A DNA stretch of 64,000 bases from Auanema rhodensis. Lineage: Eukaryota; Animalia; Nematoda. Positions 52,001 through 64,000 of this stretch are shown here, in pieces. Both the position numbers and the translations under genes were made by a program. The stretch lies in assembly GCA_964057225.1 (NCBI GenBank), contig OZ059895.1, positions 1,426,001-1,490,000 on the forward strand, read 5' to 3'. The notes under the pieces are model-generated. The model did not search any database. It was not told the DNA's origin and saw nothing but the letters and a program-made list of their open reading frames with translations. The first letter of the stretch is position 1, and the number at the start of each line of letters is the position of its first letter.

Positions 52001-55000
52001 ATTAGTGTATGTTGAGTTTCCATGTACACTCAACATTGCTTCCGAAAACATTTTGACAAAAATTTTTTCGAAAAATTTCAAAATAATTTAGCAAAAAGTA
52101 GATGTTTTAAGATTCCATTTTTCAAGGCAAAGACGATGGACAATGTTATTCAACGAAAAAATTAATTCTTCAGGGTGAAAATCGAGGATATAAGTGTGTT
52201 GAGAAACGCGTGATACAAAAATTAGTTATGATCGTTTGAAAAATGATGCATTAGTGTATGTTGAGTTTCCATGTACACTCAACATTTCTTCCAAAAACCG
52301 TTTGACAAAAATTTTTTCGAAAAATTTCAAAATAATTTAGCAAAAAGTAAATGTTTTTAGATTCCTTTTTTCAAGGCAAAGACGATGGACAATGTTATTC
52401 AACGAAAAAATTAATTCTTCAGGGTGAAAATCGAGGATATAAGTAAGAACTTATATCAGTTGATATCTCGGTGCATTTTTAAGCTAGCGCAAATCTGATA
52501 ACACAGATCGACGCCGCTTAAAAATCCGCATCGAATGCACTATACTACATTGAAAAACGCTTGATACAAAAATTAGTTATGATCGTTTGAAAAATGATGC
52601 ATTAGTGTATGTTGAGTTTCCATGTACACTCAACATTGCTTCCAAAAACATTTTGACAAAAATTTTTTCGAAAAATTTCAAAATAATTTAGCGAAAAGTA
52701 GATGTTTTTAGATCCCATTTTTCAAGGCAAAGACGATGGACAATGTTATTCAACGAAAAAATTAATTCTTCAGGGTGAAAATCGAGGATATAAGTGTGAA
52801 CTTATTGCAGTTGATATCTCGGTGCATTTTTAAGCTAGCGCAAATCTGATAACACAGATCGACGCAGCTTAAAAATCCGCATCGAATGCACTATACTACA
52901 TTGAGAAACACTTGATACAAAAATTAGTTATGATCGTTTGAAAAATGATGCATTAGTGTATGTTGAGTTTCCATGTACACTCAACATTGCTTCCAAAAAC
53001 ATTTTGACAAAAATTTTTTCGAAAAATTTCAAAATAATTTAGCAAAAAGTAGATGTTTTAAGATTCCATTTTTCAAGGCAAAGACGATGGACAATGTTAT
53101 TCAACGAAAAAATTAATTCTTCAGGGTGAAAATCGAGGATATAAGTGTGTTGAGAAACGCGTGATACAAAAATTAGTTATGATCGTTTGAAAAATGATGC
53201 ATTAGTGTATGTTGAGTTTCCATGTACACTCAACATTGCTTCCAAAAACATTTTGACAAAAATTTTTTCGAAAAATTTCAAAATAATTTAGCAAAAAGTA
53301 GATGTTTTTAGATTCCTTTTTTCAAGGCAAAGACGATGGACAATGTTATTCAACGAAAAAATTATTTCTTCAGGGTGAAAATCGAGGATATAAGTGTGAA
53401 CTTATATCAGTTGATATCTCGGTGCATTTTTAAGCTAGCGCAAATCTGATAACACAGATCGACGCAGCTTAAAAATCCGCATCGAATGCACTATACTACA
53501 TTAAGAAACGCTTGATACAAAAATTAGTTATGATCGTTTGAAAAATGATGCATTAGTGTATGTTGAGTTTCCATGTACACTCAACATTGCTTCCAAAAAC
53601 ATTTTGACAAAAATTTTTTCGAAAAATTTCAAAATAATTTAGCAAAAAGTAGATGTTTTAAGATTCCATTTTTCAAGGCAAAGACGATGGACAATGTTAT
53701 TCAACGAAAAAATTAATTCTTCAGGGTGAAAATCGAGGATATAAGTGTGTTGAGAAACACTTGATACAAAAATTAATTATGATCGTTTGAAAAATGATGC
53801 ATTAGTGTATGTTGAGTTTCCATGTACACTCAACATTGCTTCCAAAAACATTTTGACAAAAATTTTTTCGAAAAATTTCAAAATAATTTAGCAAAAAGTA
53901 GATGTTTTTAGATTCCTTTTTTCAAGGCAAAGACGATGGACAATGTTATTCAACGAAAAAATTATTTCTTCAGGGTGAAAATCGAGGATATAAGTGTGAA
54001 CTTATATCAGTTGATATCTCGGTGCATTTTTAAGCTAGCGCAAATCTGATAACACAGATCGACGCAGCTTAAAACTCCGCATCGAATGCACTATACTACA
54101 TTAAGAAACGCTTGATACAAAAATTAGTTATGATCGTTTGAAAAATGATGCATTAGTGTATGTTGAGTTTCCATGTACACTCAACATTGCTTCCAAAAAC
54201 ATTTTGACAAAAATTTTTTCGAAAAATTTCAAAATAATTTAGCAAAAAGTAGATGTTTTTAGATTCCATTTCTCAAGGCAAAGACGATAGACAATGTTAT
54301 TCAACGAAAAAATTAATTCTTCAGGGTGAAAATCGAGGATATAAGTGTGAACTTATATCAGTTGATATCTCGGTGCATTTTTAAGCTAGCGCAAATCTGA
54401 TATTACAGATCGACGCAGCTTAAAAATCCGCATCGAATGCACCATACTACATTGAGAAACGCGTGATACAAAAATTAGTTATGATCGTTTGAAAAATGAT
54501 GCATTAGTGTATGTTGAGTTTCCATGTACACTCAACATTGCTTCCAAAAACATTTTGACAAAAATTTTTTCGAAAAATTTCAAAATAATTTAGCAAAAAG
54601 TAGATGTTTTTAGATTCCTTTTTTCAAGGCAAAGACGATGGACAATGTTATTCAACGAAAAAATTATTTCTTCAGGGTGAAAATCGAGGATATAAGTGTG
54701 AACTTATATCAGTTGATATCTCAGTGCATTTTTAAGCTAGCGCAAATCTGATAACACAGATCGACGCAGCTTAAAAATCCGCATCGAATGCACTATACTA
54801 CATTAAGAAGCGCTTGATACAAAAATTAGTTATGATCGTTTGAAAAATGATGCATTAGTGTATGTTGAGTTTCCATGTACACTCAACATTGCTTCCAAAA
54901 ACATTTTGACAAAAATTTTTTCGAAAAATTTCAAAATAATTTAGCAAAAAGTAGATGTTTTTAGATTCCATTTTTCAAGGCAAAGACGATGGACAATGTT

Positions 55001-57450
55001 ATTCAACGAAAAAATTAATTCTTCAGGGTGAAAATCGAGGATATAAGTGTGAACTTATATCAGTTGATATCTCGGTGCATTTTTAAGCTAGCGCAAATCT
55101 GATAACACAGATCGACGCAGCTTAAAAATCCGCATCGAATGCACTATACTACATTAAGAAGCGCTTGATACAAAAATTAGTTATGATCGTTTGAAAAATG
55201 ATGCATTAGTGTATGTTGAGTTTCCATGTACACTCAACATTGCTTCCAAAAACATTTTGACAAAAATTTTTTCGAAAAATTTCAAAATAATTTAGCAAAA
55301 AGTAGATGTTTTTAGATTCCATTTCTCAAGGCAAAGACGATAGACAATGTTATTCAACGAAAAAATTAATTCTTCAGGGTGAAAATCGAGGATATAAGTG
55401 TGAACTTATATCAGTTGATATCTCGGTGCATTTTTAAGCTAGCGCAAATCTGATAACACAGATCGACGCAGCTTAAAAATCCGCATCGAATGCACTATAC
55501 TACATTGAAAAACGCTTGATACAAAAATTAGTTATGATCGTTTGAAAAATGATGCATTAGTGTATGTTGAGTTTCCATGTACACTCAACATTGCTTCCAA
55601 AAACATTTTGATAAAAATTTTTTCGAAAAATTTCAAAATAATTTAGCGAAAACTAGATGTTTTTAGATCCCATTTTTCAAGGCAAAGACGATGGACAATG
55701 TTATTCAACGAAAAAATTAATTCTTCAGGGTGAAAATCGAGGATATAAGTGTGAACTTATATCAGTTGATATCTCGGTGCATTTTTAAGCTAGCGCAAAT
55801 CTGATATTACAGATCGACGCAGCTTAAAAATCCGCATCGAATGCACCATACTACATTGAGAAACGCGTGATACAAAAATTAGTTATGATCGTTTGAAAAA
55901 TGATGCATTAGTGTATGTTGAGTTTCCATGTACACTCAACATTGCTTCCAAAAACATTTTGACAAAAATTTTTTCGAAAAATTTCAAAATAATTTAGCAA
56001 AAAGTAGATGTTTTTAGATTCCATTTTTCAAGGCAAAGACGATGGACAATGTTATTCAACGAAAAAATTAATTCTTCAGGGTGAAAATCGAGGATATAAG
56101 TGTGAACTTATATCAGTTGATATCTCGGTGCATTTTTAAGCTAGCGCAAATCTGATAACACAGAGCGACGCAGCTTAAAAATCCGCATCGAATGCACTAT
56201 AATACATTGAGAAACGCGTGATACAAAAATTAGTTATGATCGTTTGAAAAATGATGCATTAGTGTATGTTGAGTTTCCATGTACACTCAACATTGCTTCC
56301 AAAAACATTTTGACAAAAATTTTTTCGAAAAATTTCAAAATAATTTAGCAAAAAGTAGATGTTTTTAGATTCCTTTTTTCAAGGCAAAGACGATGGACAA
56401 TGTTATTCAACGAAAAAATTATTTCTTCAGGGTGAAAATCGAGGATATAAGTGTGAACTTATATCAGTTGATATCTCGGTGCATTTTTAAGCTAGCGCAA
56501 ATCTGATAACACAGATCGACGCAGCTTAAAAATCCGCATCGAATGCACTATACTACATTAAGAAACGCTTGATACAAAAATTAGTTATGATCGTTTGAAA
56601 AATGATGCATTAGTGTATGTTGAGTTTCCATGTACACTCAACATTGCTTCCAAAAACATTTTGACCAAAATTTTTTCGAAAAATTTCAAAATAATTTAGC
56701 AAAAAGTAGATGTTTTTAGATTTCATTTTTCAAGGCAAAGACGATGGACAATGTTATTCAACGAAAAAATTAATTCTTCAGGGTGAAAATCGAGGATATA
56801 AGTGTGAACTTATATCAGTTGATATCTCGGTGCATTTTTAAGCTAGCGCAAATCTGATAACACAGATCGACGCAGCTTAAAAATCCGCATCGAATGCACC
56901 ATACTACATTGAGAAACGCGTGATACAAAAATTAGTTATGATCGTTTGAAAAATGATGCATTAGTGTATGTTGAGTTTCCATGTACACTCAACATTGCTT
57001 CCAAAAACATTTTGACAAAAATTTTTTCGAAAAATTTCAAAATAATTTAGCAAAAAGTAGATGTTTTTAGATTCCTTTTTTCAAGGCAAAGACGATGGAC
57101 AATGTTATTCAACGAAAAAATTATTTCTTCAGGGTGAAAATCGAGGATATAAGTGTGAACTTATATCAGTTGATATCTCGGTGCATTTTTAAGCTAGCGC
57201 AAATCTGATAACACAGATCGACGCAGCTTAAAAATCCGCATCGAATGCACTATACTACATTAAGAAGCGCTTGATACAAAAATTAGTTATGATCGTTTGA
57301 AAAATGATGCATTAGTGTATGTTGAGTTTCCATGTACACTCAACATTGCGTCCAAAAACATTTTGACAAAAATTTTTTCGAAAAATTTCAAAATAATTTA
57401 GCAAAAAGTAGATGTTTTTAGATTCCTTTTTTCAAGGCAAAGACGATGGA
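40083..57450 (-). repeat. Same satellite in inverted orientation (17.4 kb; ~38 full and 16 deleted monomers)
   Basis: The sequence switches to the reverse complement (AGTAGATGTTTTTAGATTCC...) at 40083 and back (GAAGCAATGTTGAG...) at 57451. Confidence 0.99.
42290..53750 (-). repeat. Zone with a 249-bp deletion monomer (16 copies) interspersed with 351-bp monomers
   Basis: Junction GATATAAGTGTG|TTGAGAAAC at 42290, 43592, 44894, 45143, 46094, 47046, 48349, 48598, 49198, 50149, 50749, 50998, 51598, 52198, 53149 and 53749. Spacings are 249, 600, 951(+1) or 1302(+1). Confidence 0.95.
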
Positions 57451-60400
57451 GAAGCAATGTTGAGTGTACATGGAAACTCAACATACACTAATGCATCATT
57501 TTTCAAACGATCATAACTAATTTTTGTATCACGCGTTTCTCAATGTAGTATGGTGCATTCGATGCGGATTTTTAAGCTGCGTCGATCTGTTATATCAGAT
57601 TTGCGCTAGCTTGAAAATGCACCGAGATATCAACTGATATAAGTTCACACTTATATCCTCGATTTTCACCCTGAAGAATTAATTTTTTCGTTGAATAACA
57701 TTGTCCATCGTCTTTGCCTTGAAAAATGAAATCTAAAAACATCTACTTTTTGCTAAATTATTTTGAAATTTTTCGAAAAAATTTTTGTCAAAATGTTTTT
57801 GGAAGCAATGTTGAGTGTACATGGAAACTCAACATACACTAATGCATCATTTTTCAAACGATCATAACTAATTTTTGTATCACGCGTTTCTCAATGTAGT
57901 ATAGTGCATTCGATGCGGATTTTTAAGCTGCGTCGCTCTGTGTTATCAGATTTGCGCTAGCTTAAAAATGCACCGAGATATCAACTGATATAAGTTCACA
58001 CTTATATCCTCGATTTTCACCCTCAAGAATTAATTTTTTCGTTGAATAACATTGTCCATCGTCTTTGCCTTGAAAAATGGAATCTAAAAACATCTACTTT
58101 TTGCTAAATTATTTTGAAATTTTTCGAAAAAATTTTTGTCAAAATGTTTTTGGAAGCAATGTTGAGTGTACATGGAAACTCAACATACACTAATGCATCA
58201 TTTTTCAAACGATCATAACTAATTTTTGTATCACGCGTTTCTCAATGTAGTATAGTGCATTCGATGCGGATTTTTAAGCTGCGTCGCTCTGTGTTATCAG
58301 ATTTGCGCTAGCTTAAAAATGCACCGAGATATCAACTGATATAAGTTCACACTTATATCCTCGATTTTCACCCTCAAGAATTAATTTTTTCGTTGAATAA
58401 CATTGTCCATCGTCTTTGCCTTGAAAAATGGAATCTAAAAACATCTACTTTTTGCTAAATTATTTTGAAATTTTTCGAAAAAATTTTTGTCAAAATGTTT
58501 TTGGAAGCAATGTTGAGTGTACATGGAAACTCAACATACACTAATGCATCATTTTTCAAACGATCATAACTAATTTTTGTATCAAGCGCTTCTTAATGTA
58601 GTATAGTGCATTCGATGCGGATTTTTAAGCTGCGTCGATCTGTGTTATCAGATTTGCGCTAGCTAAAAAATGCACCGAGATATCAACTGATATAAGTTCA
58701 CACTTATATCCTCGATTTTCACCCTGAAGAAATAATTTTTTCGTTGAATAACATTGTCCATCGTCTTTGCCTTGAAAAAAGGAATCTAAAAACATCTACT
58801 TTTTGCTAAATTATTTTGAAATTTTTCGAAAAAATTTTTGTCAAAATGTTTTTGGAAGCAATGTTGAGTGTACATGGAAACTCAACATACACTAATGCAT
58901 CATTTTTCAAACGATCATAACTAATTTTTGTATCACGCGTTTCTCAATGTAGTATGGTGCATTCGATGCGGATTTTTAAGCTGCGTCGATCTGTGTTATC
59001 AGATTTGCGCTAGCTTAAAAATGCACCGAGATATCAACTGATATAAGTTCACACTTATATCCTCGATTTTCACCCTGAAGAAATAATTTTTTCGTTGAAT
59101 AACATTGTCCATCGTCTTTGCCTTGAAAAAAGGAATCTAAAAACATCTACTTTTTGCTAAATTATTTTGAAATTTTTCGAAAAAATTTTTGTCAAAATGT
59201 TTTTGGAAGCAATGTTGAGTGTACATGGAAACTCAACATACACTAATGCATCATTTTTCAAACGATCATAACTAATTTTTGTATCACGCGTTTCTCAATG
59301 TAGTATGGTGCATTCGATGCGGATTTTTAAGCTGCGTCGATCTGTAATATCAGATTTGCGCTAGCTTAAAAATGCACCGAGATATCAACTGATATAAGTT
59401 CACACTTATATCCTCGATTTTCACCCTGAAGAATTAATTTTTTCGTTGAATAACATTGTCCATCGTCTTTGCCTTGAAAAATGAAATCTAAAAACATCTA
59501 CTTTTTGCTAAATTATTTTGAAATTTTTCGAAAAAATTTTTGTCAAAATGTTTTCGGAAGCAATGTTGAGTGTACATGGAAACTCAACATACACTAATGC
59601 ATCATTTTTCAAACGATCATAACTAATTTTTGTATCACGCGTTTCTCAATGTAGTATGGTGCATTCGATGCGGATTTTTAAGCTGCGTCGATCTGTAATA
59701 TCAGATTTGCGCTAGCTTAAAAATGCACCGAGATATCAACTGATATAAGTTCACACTTATATCCTCGATTTTCACCCTGAAGAATTAATTTTTTCGTTGA
59801 ATAACATTGTCCATCGTCTTTGCCTTGAAAAATGGGATCTAAAAACATCTACTTTTCGCTAAATTATTTTGAAATTTTTCGAAAAAATTTTTGTCAAAAT
59901 GTTTTTGGAAGCAATGTTGAGTGTACATGGAAACTCAACATACACTAATGCATCATTTTTCAAACGATCATAACTAATTTTTGTATCAAGCGTTTCTTAA
60001 TGTAGTATAGTGCATTCGATGCGGATTTTTAAGCTGCGTCGATCTGTGTTATCAGATTTGCGCTAGCTTAAAAATGCACCGAGATATCAACTGATATAAG
60101 TTCACACTTATATCCTCGATTTTCACCCTGAAGAAATAATTTTTTCGTTGAATAACATTGTCCATCGTCTTTGCCTTGAAAAAAGGAATCTAAAAACATC
60201 TACTTTTTGCTAAATTATTTTGAAATTTTTCGAAAAAATTTTTGTCAAAATGTTTTTGGAAGCAATGTTGAGTGTACATGGAAACTCAACATACACTAAT
60301 GCATCATTTTTCAAACGATCATAACTAATTTTTGTATCACGCGTTTCTCAATGTAGTATAGTGCATTCGATGCGGATTTTTAAGCTGCGTCGCTCTGTGT

Positions 60401-63400
60401 TATCAGATTTGCGCTAGCTTAAAAATGCACCGAGATATCAACTGATATAAGTTCACACTTATATCCTCGATTTTCACCCTGAAGAATTAATTTTTTCGTT
60501 GAATAACATTGTCCATCGTCTTTGCCTTGAAAAATGGAATCTAAAAACATCTACTTTCTGCTAAATTATTTTGAAATTTTTCGAAAAAATTTTTGTCAAA
60601 ATGTTTTTGGAAGCAATGTTGAGTGTACATGGAAACTCAACATACACTAATGCATCATTTTTCAAACGATCATAACTAATTTTTGTATCAAGCGCTTCTT
60701 AATGTAGTATAGTGCATTCGATGCGGATTTTTAAGCTGCGTCGATCTGTGTTATCAGATTTGCGCTAGCTTAAAAATGCACCGAGATATCAACTGATATA
60801 AGTTCACACTTATATCCTCGATTTTCACCCTGAAGAAATAATTTTTTCGTTGAATAACATTGTCCATCGTCTTTGCCTTGAAAAAAGGAATCTAAAAACA
60901 TCTACTTTTTGCTAAATTATTTTGAAATTTTTCGAAAAAATTTTTGTCAAAATGTTTTTGGAAGCAATGTTGAGTGTACATGGAAACTCAACATACACTA
61001 ATGCATCATTTTTCAAACGATCATAACTAATTTTTGTATCACGCGTTTCTCAATGTAGTATGGTGCATTCGATGCGGATTTTTAAGCTGCGTCGATCTGT
61101 AATATCAGATTTGCGCTAGCTTAAAAATGCACCGAGATATCAACTGATATAAGTTCACACTTATATCCTCGATTTTCACCCTGAAGAATTAATTTTTTCG
61201 TTGAATAACATTGTCCATCGTCTTTGCCTTGAAAAATGAAATCTAAAAACATCTACTTTTTGCTAAATTATTTTGAAATTTTTCGAAAAAATTTTTGTCA
61301 AAATGTTTTCGGAAGCAATGTTGAGTGTACATGGAAACTCAACATACACTAATGCATCATTTTTCAAACGATCATAACTAATTTTTGTATCACGCGTTTC
61401 TCAATGTAGTATGGTGCATTCGATGCGGATTTTTAAGCTGCGTCGATCTGTAATATCAGATTTGCGCTAGCTTAAAAATGCACCGAGATATCAACTGATA
61501 TAAGTTCACACTTATATCCTCGATTTTCACCCTGAAGAATTAATTTTTTCGTTGAATAACATTGTCCATCGTCTTTGCCTTGAAAAATGGGATCTAAAAA
61601 CATCTACTTTTCGCTAAATTATTTTGAAATTTTTCGAAAAAATTTTTGTCAAAATGTTTTTGGAAGCAATGTTGAGTGTACATGGAAACTCAACATACAC
61701 TAATGCATCATTTTTCAAACGATCATAACTAATTTTTGTATCAAGCGTTTCTTAATGTAGTATAGTGCATTCGATGCGGATTTTTAAGCTGCGTCGATCT
61801 GTGTTATCAGATTTGCGCTAGCTTAAAAATGCACCGAGATATCAACTGATATAAGTTCACACTTATATCCTCGATTTTCACCCTGAAGAAATAATTTTTT
61901 CGTTGAATAACATTGTCCATCGTCTTTGCCTTGAAAAAAGGAATCTAAAAACATCTACTTTTTGCTAAATTATTTTGAAATTTTTCGAAAAAATTTTTGT
62001 CAAAATGTTTTTGGAAGCAATGTTGAGTGTACATGGAAACTCAACATACACTAATGCATCATTTTTCAAACGATCATAACTAATTTTTGTATCACGCGTT
62101 TCTCAATGTAGTATAGTGCATTCGATGCGGATTTTTAAGCTGCGTCGCTCTGTGTTATCAGATTTGCGCTAGCTTAAAAATGCACCGAGATATCAACTGA
62201 TATAAGTTCACACTTATATCCTCGATTTTCACCCTGAAGAATTAATTTTTTCGTTGAATAACATTGTCCATCGTCTTTGCCTTGAAAAATGGAATCTAAA
62301 AACATCTACTTTCTGCTAAATTATTTTGAAATTTTTCGAAAAAATTTTTGTCAAAATGTTTTTGGAAGCAATGTTGAGTGTACATGGAAACTCAACATAC
62401 ACTAATTCATCATTTTTCAAACGATCATAACTAATTTTTGTATCAAGCGCTTCTTGATGTAGTATAGTGCATTCGATGCGGATTTTTAAGCTGCGTCGAT
62501 CTGTGTTATCAGATTTGCGCTAGCTTAAAAATGCACCGAGATATCAACTGATATAAGTTCACACTTATATCCTCGATTTTCACCCTGAAGAATTAATTTT
62601 TTCGTTGAATAACATTGTCCATCGTCTTTGCCTTGAAAAAAGGAATCTAAAAACATCTACTTTTTGCTAAATTATTTTGAAATTTTTCGAAAAAATTTTT
62701 GTCAAAATGTTTTTGGAAGCAATGTTGAGTGTACATGGAAACTCAACATACACTAATGCATCATTTTTCAAACGATCATAACTAATTTTTGTATCACGCG
62801 TTTCTCAATGTAGTATAGTGCATTCGATGCGGATTTTTAAGCTGCGTCGCTCTGTGTTATCAGATTTGCGCTAGCTTAAAAATGCACCGAGATATCAACT
62901 GATATAAGTTCACACTTATATCCTCGATTTTCACCCTGAAGAATTAATTTTTTCGTTGAATAACATTGTCCATCGTCTTTGCCTTGAAAAAAGGAATCTA
63001 AAAACATCTACTTTTTGCTAAATTATTTTGAAATTTTTCGAAAAAATTTTTGTCAAAATGTTTTTGGAAGCAATGTTGAGTGTACATGGAAACTCAACAT
63101 ACACTAATGCATCATTTTTCAAACGATCATAACTAATTTTTGTATCACGCGTTTCTCAATGTAGTATAGTGCATTCGATGCGGATTTTTAAGCTGCGTCG
63201 CTCTGTGTTATCAGATTTGCGCTAGCTTAAAAATGCACCGAGATATCAACTGATATAAGTTCACACTTATATCCTCGATTTTCACCCTGAAGAATTAATT
63301 TTTTCGTTGAATAACATTGTCCATCGTCTTTGCCTTGAAAAATGAAATCTAAAAACATCTACTTTCTGCTAAATTATTTTGAAATTTTTCGAAAAAATTT

Positions 63401-64000
63401 TTGTCAAAATGTTTTTGGAAGCAATGTTGAGTGTACATGGAAACTCAACATACACTAATGCATCATTTTTCAAACGATCATAACTAATTTTTGTATCAAG
63501 CGCTTCTTAATGTAGTATAGTGCATTCGATGCGGATTTTTAAGCTGCGTCGATCTGTGTTATCAGATTTGCGCTAGCTTAAAAATGCACCGAGATATCAA
63601 CTGATATAAGTTCACACTTATATCCTCGATTTTCACCCTGAAGAAATAATTTTTTCGTTGAGTAACATCGTCCATCGTCTTTGCCTTGAAAAAAGGAATC
63701 TAAAAACATCTACTTTTTGCTAAATTATTTTGAAATTTTTCGAAAAAATTTTTGTCAAAATGTTTTTGGAAGCAATGTTGAGTGTACATGGAAACTCAAC
63801 ATACACTAATGCATCATTTTTCAAACGATCATAACTAATTTTTGTATCACGCGTTTCTCAATGTAGTATGGTGCATTCGATGCGGATTTTTAAGCTGCGT
63901 CGATCTGTAATATCAGATTTGCGCTAGCTTAAAAATGCACCGAGATATCAACTGATATAAGTTCACACTTATATCCTCGATTTTCACCCTGAAGAATTAA
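57451..64000 (+). repeat. 351-bp tandem satellite, block 4 (~18.7 monomers; continues beyond the window end)
   Basis: Forward monomers with their own variant set (GTATCACGCG, GAAGAAATAA, CTGTAATATC, CGTCGCTCTG). Confidence 0.99.
59000..62500 (+). repeat. 5-monomer (1755-bp) tandem duplication (approximate limits)
   Basis: Rare variants TTTTCGGAAG at ~59555 and 61310 and ATGGGATCT at ~59833 and 61588, both offset by 1755 = 5x351. Confidence 0.85.

Noticed and set aside
1-64000. CRISPR-like array suggested by palindromic repeats
   Set aside because: The whole 351-bp unit repeats, with no unique spacers and no cas genes, in a eukaryotic context.

Overview
Eukaryotic heterochromatin-type window, most likely from a nematode (inferred from the retroelement PBS and the Cer-like polyprotein). 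About 93% is one AT-rich 351-bp tandem satellite of roughly 175 near-identical monomers. Each monomer carries at least four short inverted repeats. The array is interrupted at 4336-8647 by a very young Ty3/Gypsy LTR retroelement with apparently identical 380-bp LTRs, non-canonical TG...TT ends, a 4-bp TAAC target-site duplication, a tRNA-Pro-type PBS and a PPT. Its single intact 993-aa ORF encodes Gag, a CCHC knuckle and protease, then breaks off early in RT (after ...RLCIDYR) and continues in frame into an unrelated ~100-aa tail. It has no RT catalytic core, RNase H or integrase, so it is a non-autonomous Gag-PR element. The satellite flips orientation at 40082/40083 and back at 57450/57451. 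The two junctions are non-reciprocal, and each end of the inverted block shares variants with its own neighbouring flank. Inside the inverted block a 249-bp deletion monomer (16 copies) forms 600/951/1302-bp higher-order units. Local 3-, 5-, 7-, 8- and 11-mer duplications and a gradient of sequence variants record the array's recent history. No host genes, RNA genes or CRISPR arrays were found. All comparisons were made by eye.
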